From a virus (Duplodnaviria; Caudoviricetes): a stretch of 62,933 nt of DNA. Position numbers and translations under genes: made by a program. The stretch spans positions 1 to 62,933 of the IMG/VR virus record IMGVR_UViG_3300037424_000900; one strand, written 5' to 3'. This document shows, one piece after another, positions 19,295 through 29,684 of this stretch (the stretch's first letter is position 1; each line of letters begins with the position of its first letter). Under the pieces are notes generated by a model, which did no database searches, had not been told where the DNA came from, and was given only the letters and a program-made list of their open reading frames with translations.

Positions 19295-20242
19295 TCAGCT
19301 TACTTTAAAAGGTAAAGCAATACACCTACACCTCGGATGTAAAGGAATCATATTATTTATTTCATCCAATGTATATATATTTCCTTGTAAGGATGCACAT
19401 TGATCACAAACTCTTCCATCACCTGCAGTCATCCATTCTCCTTTAACTACAACTCCATACACTGCCCAATTACGATATTCCTGTATTGTAGCCTGATGAT
19501 GAGCCCGTATGATTTCCGTACGTGCTAACATTTCAGCCCTTTGCATTGCTGGAATAAATCTTCCTGTTGTAGTTGTTATCCCTAAATCCCCAACCCCTTC
19601 TCCATTAATTACTGCTACTAGTTTACGAGCAATTACACGCGGGTTATCTCCATCAGCCATTCCCTGAGCAAGAACTCTACTAATTAAGGAATCCATTTGA
19701 TCTGTAATCCCTTTTAATTCATTAAATACTCTGGTGTAAAGTAATCCCACACGATCTATATGGAAAGGAACTTGCATTGACATTGATATTCCCCCGGTTT
19801 GCTCCATAGATGGAACTTCAAAACCTGCTTTGTTTAATTCATACCGGGCACGAATTACCCCCCGTTTATATGAATCAACTATATATTTATTTGTCCAAGC
19901 ATCGTTAATAGCATCCCCAACTTGTTCAAACTCTTTCAACATTAATATTCCAGCATCTTCCTGTTTCTTTAACCAAGCCATAAACGCCCGTACTTTGTCT
20001 TGACTACGTGGAAATGCAAAAGCCTGTTGTGTAGGAACAGTCATCTGTAAATGTTGGAGGGTGTTACGATTTAATCCAAATACATCCTGATCAACAACAG
20101 CCTTTTTAATGACAACAATTAGTTCTGAGAAATGTTTCTTCATATCTCTAGCAAATGCATTTCTTAAGGCAGTAGTATGGGTTGGATCCACTGCATGAAC
20201 TGCATTAACAGTTATTTCATTATGACAACAAATTTCACTCAT
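19295..20242 (-). CDS. Minor head protein (SPP1 gp7 / MuF family)
   Basis: RAEMLARTE, WMTAGDGRVCDQC, IPLHPRCRC. Confidence 0.9.
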   Translation of the reverse strand: MSEICCHNEITVNAVHAVDPTHTTALRNAFARDMKKHFSELIVVIKKAVVDQDVFGLNRNTLQHLQMTVPTQQAFAFPRSQDKVRAFMAWLKKQEDAGILMLKEFEQVGDAINDAWTNKYIVDSYKRGVIRARYELNKAGFEVPSMEQTGGISMSMQVPFHIDRVGLLYTRVFNELKGITDQMDSLISRVLAQGMADGDNPRVIARKLVAVINGEGVGDLGITTTTGRFIPAMQRAEMLARTEIIRAHHQATIQEYRNWAVYGVVVKGEWMTAGDGRVCDQCASLQGNIYTLDEINNMIPLHPRCRCIALPFKVS

Positions 20243-21698
20243 TCGGTGTAGGCTTTATCGTTTGCGTTGTATCTTTCTGTTGTTCTTCAATATCTTCTTC
20301 AGGAATCTTGTTAATTGATTTTTGTTCTTCTGTCATATCATCTTCTTGCATCTTTTCAATCAAAGTAATTTGATCAGATGAAAATCCTTGGTAAAATTCA
20401 AGGAATGCCCGCAATGGAATAATTGATTGAGCCATTGAATCAGAATACTCCTTCAATGCAGTTGTTCTGTTCTTGGCTATTTCAGTTAATTCTTTTTCAC
20501 TCTTAGCAAATAAATTACTCCATTTAACTTTATACTCTCCTGTACTCGGTTTAGGCAATATCCTTAATTCAATACAACGTTGAATAAACGGCCTAACAAT
20601 GTTAGGTTCTGCATGTTCATCCCGTCTGTTTTGTATAGTTTGATTCCATTCATCTGCATCTTGGCCACTAGACAATTCCCCACGTTCACTTCCCATTAAT
20701 ATTCGCTTGGGGATTCTCTTAACAGCTGAGATCATTTGTACTTGTACATCCACGTGAGATGTTGGGTCAGATACTTGTGGAGCTAATGCATTTATATCAA
20801 CCCCTTCATTAATTAGAAATCGTGTAAGGTTATGCTCAAACTTTGCTATTTGATCCTTCAATGCGTCTTTAGTTTTTGGCGTCATTTGAAAATCCTTATC
20901 AACCTTACCGTGATACCCCGGCCTTGCTCCACGCCAAAACATCTCAGCATCACCCCCAACAATCTTCTCAACATCCATCAATCGGTCAAATACTATCTCC
21001 AATTGAGGATCACTTTCAATATCCGATTCCAATGGATCATTTAATATGTGTAATACTCTTGAGTAATGAACAGTTATTGTTTGTTGACTTCCTGTGGAAT
21101 TACTATTGCTTGATATAGAATTATTAATTGTAATGCTATATTCCAACGGCATACCATATCTTGGGTTATTTGTATCAGTTTCGTGCTTACTTATAGTGGC
21201 TGAACCTTCTCCAAAGGGGCGTACATATTTCAATTTACGATCCCCCAATTTAACTGGTTTAGCAAAATCATCTTGCAACTTAACGTCATCTAGTCCAAAC
21301 AATAATATTCCATAACGTCCAATACTAGACAATCTGTCTACACGAGAAAACTTTGATTTCAATCTAAAATCTGTATTTAATGTTTTCCAAGCCTTTTCAA
21401 ATGCTGTATCTTCAGCAGCATTAGACTCTTCCAATTCCAATTCCCCCTCCCAAGTTTTCTTTACAGGTAAATCAATAATGGCACGAGCCATATCCTGTCT
21501 TTTGTAACGTGCCAAATAATCAGTATACAAAATATTCTTCAAATACCCCAACGCTTCATAGATGTCCCGGTCACCTCCATAAGACTGTTGACCAAGTGAC
21601 GTTGCTAATGCCATTCTGTCCACCAGAACGCTATTTAACAGAATCAAATTTTGTAAGGTTGGATTATTATTATCCACTTCATCTATGCCTCTTTTCAT
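20235..21698 (-). CDS. Portal protein (DUF1073-type)
   Basis: 487 aa; ARAIIDLP...TW, VHYSRVLH, IPKRILMGSERGELSS; directly upstream of MuF. Confidence 0.88.
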   Translation of the reverse strand: MKRGIDEVDNNNPTLQNLILLNSVLVDRMALATSLGQQSYGGDRDIYEALGYLKNILYTDYLARYKRQDMARAIIDLPVKKTWEGELELEESNAAEDTAFEKAWKTLNTDFRLKSKFSRVDRLSSIGRYGILLFGLDDVKLQDDFAKPVKLGDRKLKYVRPFGEGSATISKHETDTNNPRYGMPLEYSITINNSISSNSNSTGSQQTITVHYSRVLHILNDPLESDIESDPQLEIVFDRLMDVEKIVGGDAEMFWRGARPGYHGKVDKDFQMTPKTKDALKDQIAKFEHNLTRFLINEGVDINALAPQVSDPTSHVDVQVQMISAVKRIPKRILMGSERGELSSGQDADEWNQTIQNRRDEHAEPNIVRPFIQRCIELRILPKPSTGEYKVKWSNLFAKSEKELTEIAKNRTTALKEYSDSMAQSIIPLRAFLEFYQGFSSDQITLIEKMQEDDMTEEQKSINKIPEEDIEEQQKDTTQTIKPTPNE

Positions 21699-22078
21699 AT
21701 GCTTTTATTTAAAAGTTTTCTCCATAATCCATAAGCCCCATTTGCTCCTAATCCCCAACAAAACAAAGCCACTGGAAATATTGTCCATCTTGCTCCATAT
21801 GCCGTCCATTCTACTCCTGGTTGGTACAATAAACAAAGCATAGTAATCCAACACAAAATGGATAATGTCCAAAATGTATGATGAGCATCTCCAAACATAC
21901 TCATAATAGGATAACCGATATACCCCAATTTAAATTTATTATCTTGAGATAATTCTGGATCAAACCAGTGATTTCCTTTAAATCGTTTAAACCAAGAATC
22001 CCCAAAAGTTGCAGGAACATGTATTACATCCCCTGTTACTTTTAAAAATCCTGCTAATATAATAAGTAATATGATCAT
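21695..22078 (-). CDS. Membrane protein, unknown
   Basis: About three hydrophobic segments; ATGA-coupled on both sides. Confidence 0.55.
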   Translation of the reverse strand: MIILLIILAGFLKVTGDVIHVPATFGDSWFKRFKGNHWFDPELSQDNKFKLGYIGYPIMSMFGDAHHTFWTLSILCWITMLCLLYQPGVEWTAYGARWTIFPVALFCWGLGANGAYGLWRKLLNKSI

Positions 22079-22365
22079 TTTTCGTCAGAATAAATCTTTT
22101 CTGTTACAGTTTCCCCACGGGCTTCACGACCATCAGAGAATTTAATAAATGCCCAAAACTTCCAATTACCCGTTTGATCCAAAAAGGAAGTTGCTGGCAT
22201 ATCATAGTAAATTACTCCTGGATTCGATGTCAACACCTGAGCAGTAACACTCGCAATTGTAGCATCCGGCTTTCTGTAATATATTGAGATTTCTAGTGCA
22301 TCAGTTATATTAACCCCGGTTGACAACTGAATCCTTAAATATGATTGATCTTTGAATATACTCAT
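22075..22365 (-). CDS. Small beta-sandwich virion protein (BppU-like)
   Basis: YRKPD...YY...LDQTGNWKFWAFIKFSDG pattern. Confidence 0.55.
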   Translation of the reverse strand: MSIFKDQSYLRIQLSTGVNITDALEISIYYRKPDATIASVTAQVLTSNPGVIYYDMPATSFLDQTGNWKFWAFIKFSDGREARGETVTEKIYSDEK

Positions 22366-23441
22366 ATCAAACTATTTTCAGTAATTGTTAATTCAATAGT
22401 ACTATTTTCTGTCAATTCTAAAGTAATGGAACTATCCCCTTCAAGCAACTCAAATTCATGGACGGTAATCAAACTTAATTCACTGACTCCATTTACTACA
22501 CCTATTAATTTGCCAATCCCTTTAACAATAGCATCCAATGATGATTCCCCATCCGATTGACCGATGATATATAAAGTTTGAGTTGGACTTTGTACAGTTC
22601 CTGATAATTCCGAATAGGTTATAATAGTTCCAGACAAATCACCAATTCCACCTAATGTCCCCCCTACATCTGCTATACTATCTGTAGTGGTTATCAACTT
22701 TCCGATTCCTTTTAAATCCCCTAATATTTCAGTTATGCTATCAGATGTTCCAAGTAAGTCCCCCTGCCCTTTCAATATTCCTTCTAATGATGATATATTG
22801 TCTATTACACCTATTAATTCCCCATGACCCTTTAATGATGATTCTATAGACGTTGTATCATCTATAGTTCCTGACAACTTTCCTATTCCATTTAACGTTC
22901 CTGAAACATCTGCCACTCCATCCGCTTGTCCAGCAATGGTAACAGAAACTGCAGTACCATTTACTTCGAATAAGAAATCAATATCAGTATAATCAGTCCA
23001 ACTACTTCCCGAATCTTGAGACTCTACTATATTACCCCCTGAATATCCTCCTGCCCCTGCATAATTCCAAAGTACACATACAGATGTACTACCACCTGTA
23101 ATATGAATTACTATCGCATAGGTTGTTGATGGTTGTAATTCATAACTTGTAGACATACTGACGGCTTGCTCTGTTGCCCCATATAAATCAAATGTATTAG
23201 CATTTATTGTTCCTGATGATAGAGCAGAACCTGTTGGTTGATCATTAACATCTACAGCATATAACTCAACTGTTAATGTCCCCGGTGAACCTTGCCTTTG
23301 TACCCATAAATTAATAGTATCAAGCGTAAACGCCTCATTTGCCGCTGTAGCTCCAACGGTAAACGTTTGACATTGCCATAAACCGTCATATACATAAAAG
23401 CTATTAGAGCCTCCAGTGGTAAATGATTCGTATACTGCCAT
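22362..23441 (-). CDS. Putative virion fibre: N-terminal beta-sandwich (choice-of-anchor R-like) + 20-aa Gly-rich repeats
   Basis: CQTFT...LTVELY...PTGSAL...TTYAIV domain, then at least five repeats like GTLNGIGKLSGTIDDTTSIE; Ser/Thr-rich. Confidence 0.6.
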   Translation of the reverse strand: MAVYESFTTGGSNSFYVYDGLWQCQTFTVGATAANEAFTLDTINLWVQRQGSPGTLTVELYAVDVNDQPTGSALSSGTINANTFDLYGATEQAVSMSTSYELQPSTTYAIVIHITGGSTSVCVLWNYAGAGGYSGGNIVESQDSGSSWTDYTDIDFLFEVNGTAVSVTIAGQADGVADVSGTLNGIGKLSGTIDDTTSIESSLKGHGELIGVIDNISSLEGILKGQGDLLGTSDSITEILGDLKGIGKLITTTDSIADVGGTLGGIGDLSGTIITYSELSGTVQSPTQTLYIIGQSDGESSLDAIVKGIGKLIGVVNGVSELSLITVHEFELLEGDSSITLELTENSTIELTITENSLI

Positions 23442-23451
23442 GATATATTAT

Positions 23452-23895
23452 TTAATCTTCATTTATATCCAAATCCCCAATTGCAAACTCTGGTGTAATT
23501 CCTGTACTTATTGCTAAGTTAGCACTCAGATCACCCCAATAGATTGCATCATCCACTCCAGCTGTAGCCCCTGTACATATAGCAAATGCTACAGCTGTAT
23601 TAGTCCCCCCCGTACATTCTGGAAAAGATATTGCTGCTGCATTACTACAATTGTTTCCTGATACAGTCCATCCTACAGCTGACCGTACTACAGCCACCCT
23701 TGCATAATCAGTATAATCACACTCTGTTCCTTGAGCAGAATCAGATGGGGCTGCTGTGAATAATGCAATATAAAGATTACCTGCTACAGCGGAGTTCTGC
23801 AATCCTGCTGCATCCCCTACATTTGCTATGTCCGCATTTTGGAATATATGCTGTAGCAAACTCGTTTCAAAACCATTCTTTTTACTTCCTGCCAT
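23452..23895 (-). CDS. Virion structural protein
   Basis: LYIALFTAAPSD...E...YARVAV...N...ISFP...FAIGDLDINED, a recurrent phage structural pattern. Confidence 0.65.
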   Translation of the reverse strand: MAGSKKNGFETSLLQHIFQNADIANVGDAAGLQNSAVAGNLYIALFTAAPSDSAQGTECDYTDYARVAVVRSAVGWTVSGNNCSNAAAISFPECTGGTNTAVAFAICTGATAGVDDAIYWGDLSANLAISTGITPEFAIGDLDINED

Positions 23896-23900
23896 ACCTA

Positions 23901-24110
23901 TTAGTTTTTAATACGTTTAATAACATTAATTGCTACTGTTCCACGTTTGGTTTCTTCTAAGTTAAATGCAACTAAATCATTAGTTTTTACTTCATCCAGC
24001 GTTTTTGTTACGTGGAAGAAATATTCTTTTGAGGATTTATCATCAGTTATAAACCCATAACCTTTTGCTGCTGCAAAAAACTTTACTGTTCCCGAATTTG
24101 ATGTGTTCAT
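23901..24110 (-). CDS. Cold-shock domain protein
   Basis: GTVKFF..AKGYGFI (RNP1), EYFFHV (RNP2), KRG..AINV; start set at ATG 24110. Confidence 0.88.
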   Translation of the reverse strand: MNTSNSGTVKFFAAAKGYGFITDDKSSKEYFFHVTKTLDEVKTNDLVAFNLEETKRGTVAINVIKRIKN

Positions 24111-24256
24111 GTTCTTAAAATTTAAATTAATTTTCCTTAATATATTGCTATCAATAATTGCTTCTCCTTTACATATACTGTATTCATCTGACATATAGTT
24201 TTTACTAATTATTCCCCCTATTTCAAATTGAGTGTCCATACTTAATATGTTATTAA

Positions 24257-24556
24257 TTAAATCTCAGGTAATTCAACCGTTTGACCTACTAACTTATGAG
24301 TACAATCACTAAGATATTGTATCTTTCCATTCTTGACAAATGAATGACAACGATGCATAAGAACCTTTCCACTCATCATTGTGTGATTAATAGAAGGGTT
24401 TATTGTAGGTTTATCCATGTCCCCATTAAATTCCCACGTTGGCCCTGAATATCCTTCTTTCTTTATAAATATTCCATGACTATAACCACAACCAGGACAA
24501 TCAAACACATAGTCATAATCCCCTATTCTTGCATTTTCAGTTGCTCTTATCTTCAT
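24257..24556 (-). CDS. DUF6527-like Cys/His protein
   Basis: CPGCG..H, WEFNG...PT..PSI, CHSFVKNGKIQYLSDCTH. Confidence 0.7.
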   Translation of the reverse strand: MKIRATENARIGDYDYVFDCPGCGYSHGIFIKKEGYSGPTWEFNGDMDKPTINPSINHTMMSGKVLMHRCHSFVKNGKIQYLSDCTHKLVGQTVELPEI

Positions 24557-24568
24557 ACTAAATAAAAT

Positions 24569-26101
24569 TTATACTGGTCCCGCTGTTCGTTTATTATTAA
24601 GACGATTAAATGCACCTGAGCTGGCATCCACTTGATCTTTATACTTACCAAATGGAAAAAATTTCAATTCTTCTAAGTAATCATGATTCCAATCTCCATG
24701 TAACATCATTACATTACCTTCGTTAACTTGCACGCTAAATGGTTTAGCTCTCACGGCCTTATCTCCAGTTGGGTGCTCTCTGAATGCATTAAATCCTGCT
24801 AAATTTAAAATAGTTGATTTTGCACTGTCTACTCCACTTGATCCTGGTTCCTGCTCAATACCAATCTCAACATCCACTTCATCCGCTTCAGCTACTGACT
24901 TAATCATACGTTCACGTTCTTCAGTAGCCCATTGCCCTCTAATAACATCCATGATAATAAATTTACCACTACGTAATTTAACCATCTTAACTCCTGCTGA
25001 ATAACAGCCACCTCCTTCTGTTGCAGCTTTATCCCAATAGCGTACCCATTGAACAAAATTAACATCAGCAGGGGGATATAATAGTTTTATTATTTTATCA
25101 ACTTTGAACATTCCCCCTCCTTTTGGAATTGGGCTTTGTCCCACCTGACCTGCATAGTCTTGTTCTCCCAAATCTTTTACCATTTTGTCCAATGATCTTT
25201 GACTTAACCGTATTGGATCAAGTAAACCATCTTTTGAATACTTTTCTATTAATGATGCTGGTTTAACATAATTCCTATAGTTATTAATTTCCCCCGGTAA
25301 ACAAATATGATTTATTTCATTTGGTTTCTTTTCCAACAAGTATCCTGTAGGATCATCCTGAGCTAATCTTTGCATGATTAAAACAATTGGGGTGACTTCC
25401 TTATTCGTTTTACGAGTTGATAATGTTTTCCCCATCCAATCATTTGCCGTGTTGATTTCCGTTTTGCTGACAGCCTTTTTTGGATCAATTGGATCATCTA
25501 CTAATATGATGTGTGCATGAGTTCCTGTTACTGAACTATCAACAGACGTGGTAAACCTACCGCCCCCAATATGAATACGTGGAACATGTCCGGGGGATGC
25601 AAATTCCTTTTTAATAACCCGAAAGTCTGATTTGTTATCCTCATCCGCTTTCACCCCTATCTCTGGATATAACAGCCTATACTTTTCACTCTTGATTAAG
25701 TCCCTACATGCAACTGCACTCTTTAACGCTATAGGCATACTGTGACTACCCGTGATAAACTTCATCCAGTACCATTTTGTCCATGCCCAAGCAGGGAATA
25801 CTATCAAGCATATAATAGTTTTGGTTGAACCCGGTGGAACGTTAAATATTGTATCCTTTTCACATGGTTCGTTTCTTGCTACCTTTTCTGCTAACTCTTC
25901 CAACTCATGACATATTAATTCCATATGCCAATTTAATACTAATTTATCCTGACATACTTCTTCCCAGAATACTTGCAGGAATTCGTATAATGTTAATCCA
26001 CCTAATGACCGTATTGATGTAATGGGATCATCTACTGCTCTTTGTAGTAGTATGTTTTTTTCTTCTTCTTTGGTGATTATTTTAGTTCTGACTAATTCCA
26101 T
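24569..26101 (-). CDS. terL: Terminase large subunit
   Basis: NVPPGSTKT (Walker A variant), ILVDDP (Walker B), IMQRL, YWDKAAT, EQEPGSSG, KDQVDASSGAF. Confidence 0.95.
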   Translation of the reverse strand: MELVRTKIITKEEEKNILLQRAVDDPITSIRSLGGLTLYEFLQVFWEEVCQDKLVLNWHMELICHELEELAEKVARNEPCEKDTIFNVPPGSTKTIICLIVFPAWAWTKWYWMKFITGSHSMPIALKSAVACRDLIKSEKYRLLYPEIGVKADEDNKSDFRVIKKEFASPGHVPRIHIGGGRFTTSVDSSVTGTHAHIILVDDPIDPKKAVSKTEINTANDWMGKTLSTRKTNKEVTPIVLIMQRLAQDDPTGYLLEKKPNEINHICLPGEINNYRNYVKPASLIEKYSKDGLLDPIRLSQRSLDKMVKDLGEQDYAGQVGQSPIPKGGGMFKVDKIIKLLYPPADVNFVQWVRYWDKAATEGGGCYSAGVKMVKLRSGKFIIMDVIRGQWATEERERMIKSVAEADEVDVEIGIEQEPGSSGVDSAKSTILNLAGFNAFREHPTGDKAVRAKPFSVQVNEGNVMMLHGDWNHDYLEELKFFPFGKYKDQVDASSGAFNRLNNKRTAGPV

Positions 26102-26663
26102 TGATGGCTGATAATTTTTTGATGGCTATACTACGTAAGAATGATTTTTCTTCATCCGTGCAAGTTGATAAATCGAATGGTTTACTTTGGTGATTGAAAT
26201 TAATATTCCCATGTATTTCTGTTTTGTTAACGTCGGCCCATAAAGCACGCTGACGATTCTTTAACCAGAATATAATTGCTGTTACATCTGCTGGTATATG
26301 TTTTGTTATTGTTTTTACATTTGTATGATGTTTCCCAAATTTATCGTATACTTCAGCGGTTTCTGTTTCTGTGAATTCATACCCCAATGCCCTTTTCCCT
26401 AACGATTTTACAACCTTGAAATCATATTCCCATTTACCTTCTTTTAATGCTTCCATAAAATCAGGCCGGGTTTGCTTCCAATAATCTATTGTGGTTACAT
26501 CTACTTGAAAAAAGTCTGCAAAGTCTTGATCTCTTGCTCCCAATAAGGCTAAACCGTATACCTGACGAACAAAATCATCTTGATACTTTTCACGCTTCTC
26601 TCCTTTTCTGCTTGTACGAACCATTTTATGTTGTTGATTCGTTTGACTGCCACGTATGGTCAT
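26082..26663 (-). CDS. terS: Terminase small subunit
   Basis: HTH LGARDQDFADFFQV..TIDYWK; RALGY; PADVTAIIFWLKNRQ...W. Confidence 0.9.
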   Translation of the reverse strand: MTIRGSQTNQQHKMVRTSRKGEKREKYQDDFVRQVYGLALLGARDQDFADFFQVDVTTIDYWKQTRPDFMEALKEGKWEYDFKVVKSLGKRALGYEFTETETAEVYDKFGKHHTNVKTITKHIPADVTAIIFWLKNRQRALWADVNKTEIHGNINFNHQSKPFDLSTCTDEEKSFLRSIAIKKLSAINGISQN

Positions 26664-26689
26664 ATGATTTGATAATTTTAAATTGAGTT

Positions 26690-26721
26690 TAAAATTATTA
26701 TGAAATAACGGAATAAACTAA
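26690..26721 (-). promoter_or_regulatory. Leftward promoter TTAG-N20-TAATTTTA
   Basis: Variant of the Bacteroidota -33 TTTG / -7 TAnnTTTG promoter; same spacing at 33317 and 36516; 26 nt upstream of terS. Confidence 0.55.
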
Positions 26722-26842
26722 ATGATTTGAAACTATTTTGATACTGCCCTCGTAATTTATTGAATTGAAATATATTATAAGTATTTAAAAAATCTTTTAA
26801 AAAATAATTTAAAGAATAGTTTTTTATTTCGAAAACATTTTT

Positions 26843-26864
26843 TACCTTTACTTCATCAAACAAT
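26843..26864 (+). promoter_or_regulatory. Rightward early promoter, -7 element TACCTTTA
   Basis: TACCTTTACTTCATCAAACAAT is nearly identical to TATCTTTACGTCATCAAACAAT at 36540; poor -33 match. Confidence 0.55.
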
Positions 26865-26878
26865 AAATACTCAATTCA

Positions 26879-27067
26879 ATGAAAACTACAACTTTTTCCA
26901 AAATCAAAAAGGGTGAATACTTCAGATTCCCCAATAAATCTAAGGTTTACATATACAATGGGAAACCATTAAAAGATGGTACTTTTGAATATTATGATTT
27001 CGATGATGTTAACAATTACCATTGGACTAAAACAGACAGAGCAATTGAAATAGATTTCGATTTTTAA
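26879..27067 (+). CDS. Early hypothetical protein
   Basis: First ORF after the early promoter, 62 aa. Confidence 0.65.
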   Translation: MKTTTFSKIKKGEYFRFPNKSKVYIYNGKPLKDGTFEYYDFDDVNNYHWTKTDRAIEIDFDF

Positions 27068-27084
27068 ACCAAACAATCATAATC

Positions 27085-27300
27085 ATGAAAGCTAAAAGAA
27101 CAAAACAAATTGAAATTCATGTTGCCGAAGGGGTAACAGGAAAAGAGTTTGCTAGACTCTTAAAAGGTAATAATCTTCAATTCTTCTACCCACGCAAACG
27201 GGAATTTAAAAATGACAAGTTTGCTAAGAAATTGCATAAACGTCTTCACAACGCTGCACTAAATCAAAAAGTCCTTAATGGATGGAGACCAGTTATTTAA
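27085..27300 (+). CDS. Early basic hypothetical protein
   Basis: 71 aa with an AATCATG leader. Confidence 0.6.
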   Translation: MKAKRTKQIEIHVAEGVTGKEFARLLKGNNLQFFYPRKREFKNDKFAKKLHKRLHNAALNQKVLNGWRPVI

Positions 27301-27311
27301 AACTTATTAAA

Positions 27312-27650
27312 ATGAAAAAGATATTCATTAATACATGTAAAATCCCACTATTTATTATTAGTGGGATTATTTCGTTGTTATCTTATTTGATAGGTAAAAT
27401 TTATTCACTTATCAAAAAAAGTAAACCCCGAAAGGGTTGTATAGATCAACAAATTGAACGTAATGATTGTGTAACTAGAATGGAATTCATAATGCAAGAA
27501 TTATATAATATACATCTCCTTAACAAATATAAACATCTATTTGTAGAAGATAGGATAGTTTCACAATCTGAAATGGTAAATCGCAAATGTGAAGTATATT
27601 TACCATGTAATCATTCAACATTTCCTGCTATAATCCTTTATCTATCATAA
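27312..27650 (+). CDS. Hypothetical protein with N-terminal TM
   Basis: Hydrophobic N-terminus; start moved to ATG 27312. Confidence 0.5.
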   Translation: MKKIFINTCKIPLFIISGIISLLSYLIGKIYSLIKKSKPRKGCIDQQIERNDCVTRMEFIMQELYNIHLLNKYKHLFVEDRIVSQSEMVNRKCEVYLPCNHSTFPAIILYLS

Positions 27651-27651
27651 T

Positions 27652-28071
27652 ATGAGTACAAAATTAGCTACTGCAAAACCAAACGTTGAATATCGTTGGT
27701 TTCGTAATTTCTCAAAAGTGTCAATTGAAGCCCGGTTGGAAAGCAATGGTGTTTATTTTTATGAAATTTATAATGACGGAGAGCATTGTTATGACAGAGA
27801 AATTTCTCAAGATTTGGTTAAATCTTTATTTCCTATTGGATGTCGTAAAAAAGATCAACCTTATACGATTCATTCCAATGTTGATTTCTATGCAATCTTA
27901 AATCGTCATCGGGTTAAATTTCGATCAAGATTCAAAGAAATTGTAAAAGAATTGACCCGGCCTAAGTTTATAAGAACGTCATCTCCATCTAAATTTGTTC
28001 ATCCCCTATCTCAATTTAAGTTTGTAAGAACATCAACATCATCTCAAACTAAATTAAAAAGAGGTAGATGA
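27652..28071 (+). CDS. Hypothetical protein with C-terminal KFIRT/KFVRT/KLKRG repeats
   Basis: 139 aa, ATGA-coupled to the helicase. Confidence 0.6.
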   Translation: MSTKLATAKPNVEYRWFRNFSKVSIEARLESNGVYFYEIYNDGEHCYDREISQDLVKSLFPIGCRKKDQPYTIHSNVDFYAILNRHRVKFRSRFKEIVKELTRPKFIRTSSPSKFVHPLSQFKFVRTSTSSQTKLKRGR

Positions 28072-29684
28072 AACCCAGTTACATATACCCAAGATTAATG
28101 GTTAAAACAGCTAAAATAACGGATATTAATGGAGTACCCGTTATTTTAATTAAATTCCCGTTCAGTAATTCTACATTGTCACAAATACGTACTATCCCAG
28201 GCCGGGAATATCATTCTGAAATAAAATCATGGTCTTGTCCTATAAATTCTAAAAATGTTCAATTACTTACTTCCTTTGGGTTTAATATGGACAAAGAATT
28301 GTTAACATATAATCAAAAGAACACTTTAAAAATACCAGTCATAAATGGGTTACTTGGAGAATTAAAAAACTATCAAAAATTAGTAATCCCTTTTATTGAT
28401 TCTTGTAATGGTAGAGCTATAATTGGAGATGATATGGGTTTGGGTAAAACAATTGAAGCCATATCATATTTACAATATTATAGAAATGAAAGGCCTGCCA
28501 TAATTGTAACTGCCGCTTCATTGAAAGATAATTGGAGGTCAGAAATCAAGAAATGGATGCCTTATCCAAAAATTCAAATGGTACAAGGAGAAAAATACTT
28601 TGACTTAGAAGGGGATATTTTAATCATAAATTATGATATTCTTGATTTCTGGTTAGATTACTTAATTAAAATAAACCCCAAAATATTAATTACAGATGAA
28701 AGCCAATACTTTAAAAGCCGTACAGCAATAAGATCAAATTGCATTAAAGTATTATCATCTGTAACCCCTAAATTTATACAATTATCAGGAACCCTTTTAG
28801 AAAACAGACCTGTTGAAATATATAACTCTTGGAAATTTGCTGACCCTTTGAATTGTCCTCCATTTGTTATTTATGGAGAAAGATATTGTGGTGGAAAAGA
28901 ACGTGATTATAAAGGGGCTACTAACTTGGAAGAACTCCATTTTAATTTGAAAAAAATAATGATACGCAGATTAAAATCTGAAGTTGCTCCCGAATTACCT
29001 AAACGTACAATTCAAATGGTTCCTTTAGAAATTGATAACAGGAAGGAATATGATGAAGCTCAAAACGATTTCGTACAATACATGAAAAAGTTCAAAGGGG
29101 ACTACGATACCATGAAAGCATCGTCAATGTTTATATTCTCCAAGATTGAAATATTAAAACAATTAACAGCCAAAGGAAAGCAAAAAATGGTGTTGGATTG
29201 GGTGAAGGTATTCCTATCAACCGGGAATAAATTGGTAATTTTCGTTACTTATTTGGAATCTATCAACTACTTGTATAGAGCATTTGAAAAACAATCAGTA
29301 TATATGAATGGTTCTGTTCCAAGTAATAAAAGACAAGGATTGGTTGATCAATTCCAAAATGACCCAAAAACTCAGTTATTCATTGGCATGTTAGATAAAC
29401 AAGCGAAACCAGCTGGAGTAGGTTGGAATCTAACCGCCGCATCATGTACTGCTACAGTAGAATTTCAATGGACACCGGGGGTACATGAACAAGCAGATGC
29501 TAGAGTACATCGATTAACAACTATTTATCCAGTAACAAATTATTATTTACCTGCTATTAATACTATTGATGAACGAATAATGTCAGTTATTGATAGAAAG
29601 ACAAAGATTGTTAATAAAGTCCTTGATAATAAAGACATTTATGATGATATATTAACTAATTTACTTTTAAATTACAAATTATGA
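28068..29684 (+). CDS. SNF2-family helicase with N-terminal HARP-like domain
   Basis: GDDMGLGKT, ITDESQ, LSGT..ENRP, AGVGWNLTAA, EQADARVHR; N-terminal KFPF...IRTIPGREY...W. Confidence 0.9.
   Translation: MKPSYIYPRLMVKTAKITDINGVPVILIKFPFSNSTLSQIRTIPGREYHSEIKSWSCPINSKNVQLLTSFGFNMDKELLTYNQKNTLKIPVINGLLGELKNYQKLVIPFIDSCNGRAIIGDDMGLGKTIEAISYLQYYRNERPAIIVTAASLKDNWRSEIKKWMPYPKIQMVQGEKYFDLEGDILIINYDILDFWLDYLIKINPKILITDESQYFKSRTAIRSNCIKVLSSVTPKFIQLSGTLLENRPVEIYNSWKFADPLNCPPFVIYGERYCGGKERDYKGATNLEELHFNLKKIMIRRLKSEVAPELPKRTIQMVPLEIDNRKEYDEAQNDFVQYMKKFKGDYDTMKASSMFIFSKIEILKQLTAKGKQKMVLDWVKVFLSTGNKLVIFVTYLESINYLYRAFEKQSVYMNGSVPSNKRQGLVDQFQNDPKTQLFIGMLDKQAKPAGVGWNLTAASCTATVEFQWTPGVHEQADARVHRLTTIYPVTNYYLPAINTIDERIMSVIDRKTKIVNKVLDNKDIYDDILTNLLLNYKL

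Noticed and set aside
20235-21698. Anti-CBASS Acb1 (a label sometimes attached to DUF1073 proteins)
   Set aside because: Size, motifs and position before MuF identify a portal; no 2H-phosphoesterase motif pair noticed.
26678-26863. 61-aa minus-strand ORF
   Set aside because: Overlaps the AT-rich divergent promoter region; no protein-like features.
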